From Alphaproteobacteria bacterium (GTDB lineage: Bacteria > Pseudomonadota > Alphaproteobacteria > MPNO01 > UBA830): a stretch of 64,000 nt of DNA. The number at the start of each line of letters is the position of its first letter. Position 1 is the first letter of the stretch. The notes beneath the pieces were generated by a model, which made no database searches, was not told where the DNA came from, and saw only the letters and a list, made by a program, of their open reading frames with translations. Location of the stretch: the NCBI GenBank assembly GCA_965243135.1, contig OZ251539.1:3584001-3648000 (forward strand), written 5' to 3'. The translations under genes and the position numbers were made by a program. This document shows positions 62,124 to 64,000 of the stretch, in pieces.

Positions 62124-63095
62124 ATGGGGAACGAGATTGCGAACACGGCGGATGCGCTCGCCTCCGCGCGGCGCGTCCTCGAAACGGAAATCGCCGGCCT
62201 CCGGGCGCTGTCCCGCGGGCTGGACGCGGGGTTCGCGCGCGCCATCGACACGCTCGAGCGGGCGACCGGGCGCATCGTGGTCACCGGCATCGGCAAGAGC
62301 GGCCACGTCGCGCGCAAGATCGCCGCGACGCTCGCGTCCACCGGCACTCCGGCCCAGTACGTCCATCCGGCCGAAGCCAGCCACGGCGACCTTGGAATGA
62401 TCACCGCCGACGACGCGGTCGTCGCGCTTTCCAATTCCGGCGAGACCGCGGAACTCGCCGCCATCGTCGATTACGCCAAGTTCATGAGCATCGCCCTGGT
62501 CTCGATCACCGCCCGCGCCGACAGCACCATGGCCAGGGCCGCCGACGTGCCGCTGATCATTCCGGACGGCCCCGAAGCCTGCCCGATGAAGCTTGCGCCC
62601 ACGACGTCGACCACGGTCATGCTGGCGCTCGGAGACGCCATCGCCGTATCGCTCTTCGAGCGCCGCGGGTTCTCGCCGGAAGACTTCCGCGCGCTGCATC
62701 CGGGAGGCCAGCTGGGCCTCCGCCTGATCCCGGTGCGCGACATCATGCATTCGGGCGAGGATCTGCCGCTCGTCCCGCTGGAAGCGGGAATGACCGAAGC
62801 GGTCATCGAGATGAGCGGCAAGCGCTTCGGTTGCGTCGGCGTCGTCGATTCGAAACGCCTCGTCGGCATCATCACCGACGGCGATTTGCGCCGCCACATC
62901 AGAAAAGATATCTTCGCCATGACGGCCGCGGACGTCATGACGGAAAATCCGAAGACCGCCGACGAGGATGCTCTTGCCGCCCAAGTGTTCGGGATGATGA
63001 ACGACAACAAGATCACGAACGCTTTCGTCGTCCGGAACGGCGCTCCGGTCGGAATCGTCCATATTCACGACATCCTTCGAGCCGGAATTTCCTGA
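62124..63095 (+). CDS. kdsD: arabinose-5-phosphate isomerase (KpsF/GutQ, SIS+CBS)
   Basis: TGIGKSGHVARKIAATLASTGTP, EASHGDLG, APTTSTT, HPGGQLG, ITDGDLRR. Confidence 0.94.
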   Translation: MGNEIANTADALASARRVLETEIAGLRALSRGLDAGFARAIDTLERATGRIVVTGIGKSGHVARKIAATLASTGTPAQYVHPAEASHGDLGMITADDAVVALSNSGETAELAAIVDYAKFMSIALVSITARADSTMARAADVPLIIPDGPEACPMKLAPTTSTTVMLALGDAIAVSLFERRGFSPEDFRALHPGGQLGLRLIPVRDIMHSGEDLPLVPLEAGMTEAVIEMSGKRFGCVGVVDSKRLVGIITDGDLRRHIRKDIFAMTAADVMTENPKTADEDALAAQVFGMMNDNKITNAFVVRNGAPVGIVHIHDILRAGIS

Positions 63096-63098
63096 GCG

Positions 63099-63746
63099 AT
63101 GACGGAGAGCCGTACGGAGCGAACCCTGAACGCCGGCGCCTCGCTGCCGCGCGACAGGGCGAACTACGGCAGGGTGGTCCGCGCCGCGAAATTTTCGCTG
63201 CTCGCAGCCGCGACGGCGGTCGTTCTGCTCGTCGTCGTCTGGTCGGGAATCGAAACCCGGCCGCAGCGAGCCGCGCCGAAGCTCGCCGACGTCTGGACCT
63301 CCGGCGGCCAGGGCGCCGCCAACGCGCGCTTCTTCGGCGTCGACCGGCGGCAACGTCCTTTCTCCGTCTCGGCCGCAAGGGTCGTGCAGACGGGCAAGAC
63401 CGACGAGGGACCGGTCGATCTCGACGGCGTGAAGGCGGAGATCGCTCCCCGCGACGGCCCCCCCGTGGTGTTGACGTCGTCGAAAGGCAGGTATCGACGC
63501 GACGCGGAGTTGCTGGATCTCTCGCAGAAAGTCCGTTTGTCCCGCGACCGCGAATACGAACTCCGGACCGAGCGCGCGCGGATAGAGTTTCGCAAAGGCA
63601 CGGCGTCGGGGAACGCCGAGGTGCGGGGCGAAGGCGCGTTCGGTTCCGTCGTCGCGGACGGCTTCAGGATCGCGGAGAACGGCGCCAAGATCGTGTTTTC
63701 GGGTCGTTCCCGCCTGCTTCTGCCGCCGTCGGGATCGTTCCGTTGA
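63099..63746 (+). CDS. lptC: LPS export protein LptC
   Basis: Single N-terminal TM, ARFFGVD..RPFSVSA, beta-jellyroll-like tail; between kdsD and lptA. Confidence 0.8.
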   Translation: MTESRTERTLNAGASLPRDRANYGRVVRAAKFSLLAAATAVVLLVVVWSGIETRPQRAAPKLADVWTSGGQGAANARFFGVDRRQRPFSVSAARVVQTGKTDEGPVDLDGVKAEIAPRDGPPVVLTSSKGRYRRDAELLDLSQKVRLSRDREYELRTERARIEFRKGTASGNAEVRGEGAFGSVVADGFRIAENGAKIVFSGRSRLLLPPSGSFR

Positions 63747-64000
63747 GCGCGGCTGCGCGCGTTCTCGCCGCGGCCGCCGCGGCCGCGCTCGCCCTGCCGG
63801 CCTTCGGGCAGGCGCTGCCGCGCGCTTCCGGCGGCGAGGCCGTCGAGATCGCCGCCCGGCAAGGCATAGAGTGGCACAGGGACGGCAGAAAATACGTCGC
63901 GCGCGGCGACGTGAGGGCTTCCCAGGGAGACGTGGTGGTCTACGCCGACGTCCTTACGGCGCATTATTACGAAGCCGAGGACGGCAGCACGTCGATCTGG
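63743..64000 (+). CDS. lptA: LPS transport periplasmic protein LptA (partial)
   Basis: TTG start overlapping the lptC stop; signal peptide then VEIAARQGIEWHRDGRKYVARGDVRASQGD..YADVLTAHY. Confidence 0.8.
   Translation, partial: MSAAARVLAAAAAAALALPAFGQALPRASGGEAVEIAARQGIEWHRDGRKYVARGDVRASQGDVVVYADVLTAHYYEAEDGSTSIW

Overview
High-GC alphaproteobacterial chromosome segment, Rhodospirillales-like from the gene order ppdK-glySQ-S49-TrmN6-ispB, coxBA-ctaB-ctaG-coxC and tRNA-Leu-kdsD-lptCA. A marine or host-associated lifestyle is only inferred. Core genes at both ends (1-8.4 kb and 56.6-64 kb) flank about 48 kb of accessory DNA in four parts. (i) A decaying defence/IS island at 8.4-24.6 kb holds an RloA/RloB pair, a full-length IS66-family element with TIRs, an 8-bp TSD and a DUF4338 passenger gene, a DmdA-like demethylase, a DUF3696-type ATPase and many pseudogenes. 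(ii) A catabolic block encodes a DMG-dehydrogenase-like enzyme, a TRAP transporter, an amidase and gentisate dioxygenase. (iii) A tandem array at 33.4-43.2 kb has three AAA-ATPase/PD-(D/E)XK genes alternating with two near-identical GT4 genes, with units bounded by a ~45-bp direct repeat. The first copy carries an 861-nt ORF-less group II intron whose EBS1/EBS2 match its insertion site. (iv) An LLM monooxygenase, MarR, an OB-fold SF1 helicase and a TAXI-TRAP transporter are followed by an ABC-ATPase + putative nuclease + adenine MTase cassette. All calls come from motif reading by eye; no database searches were run.
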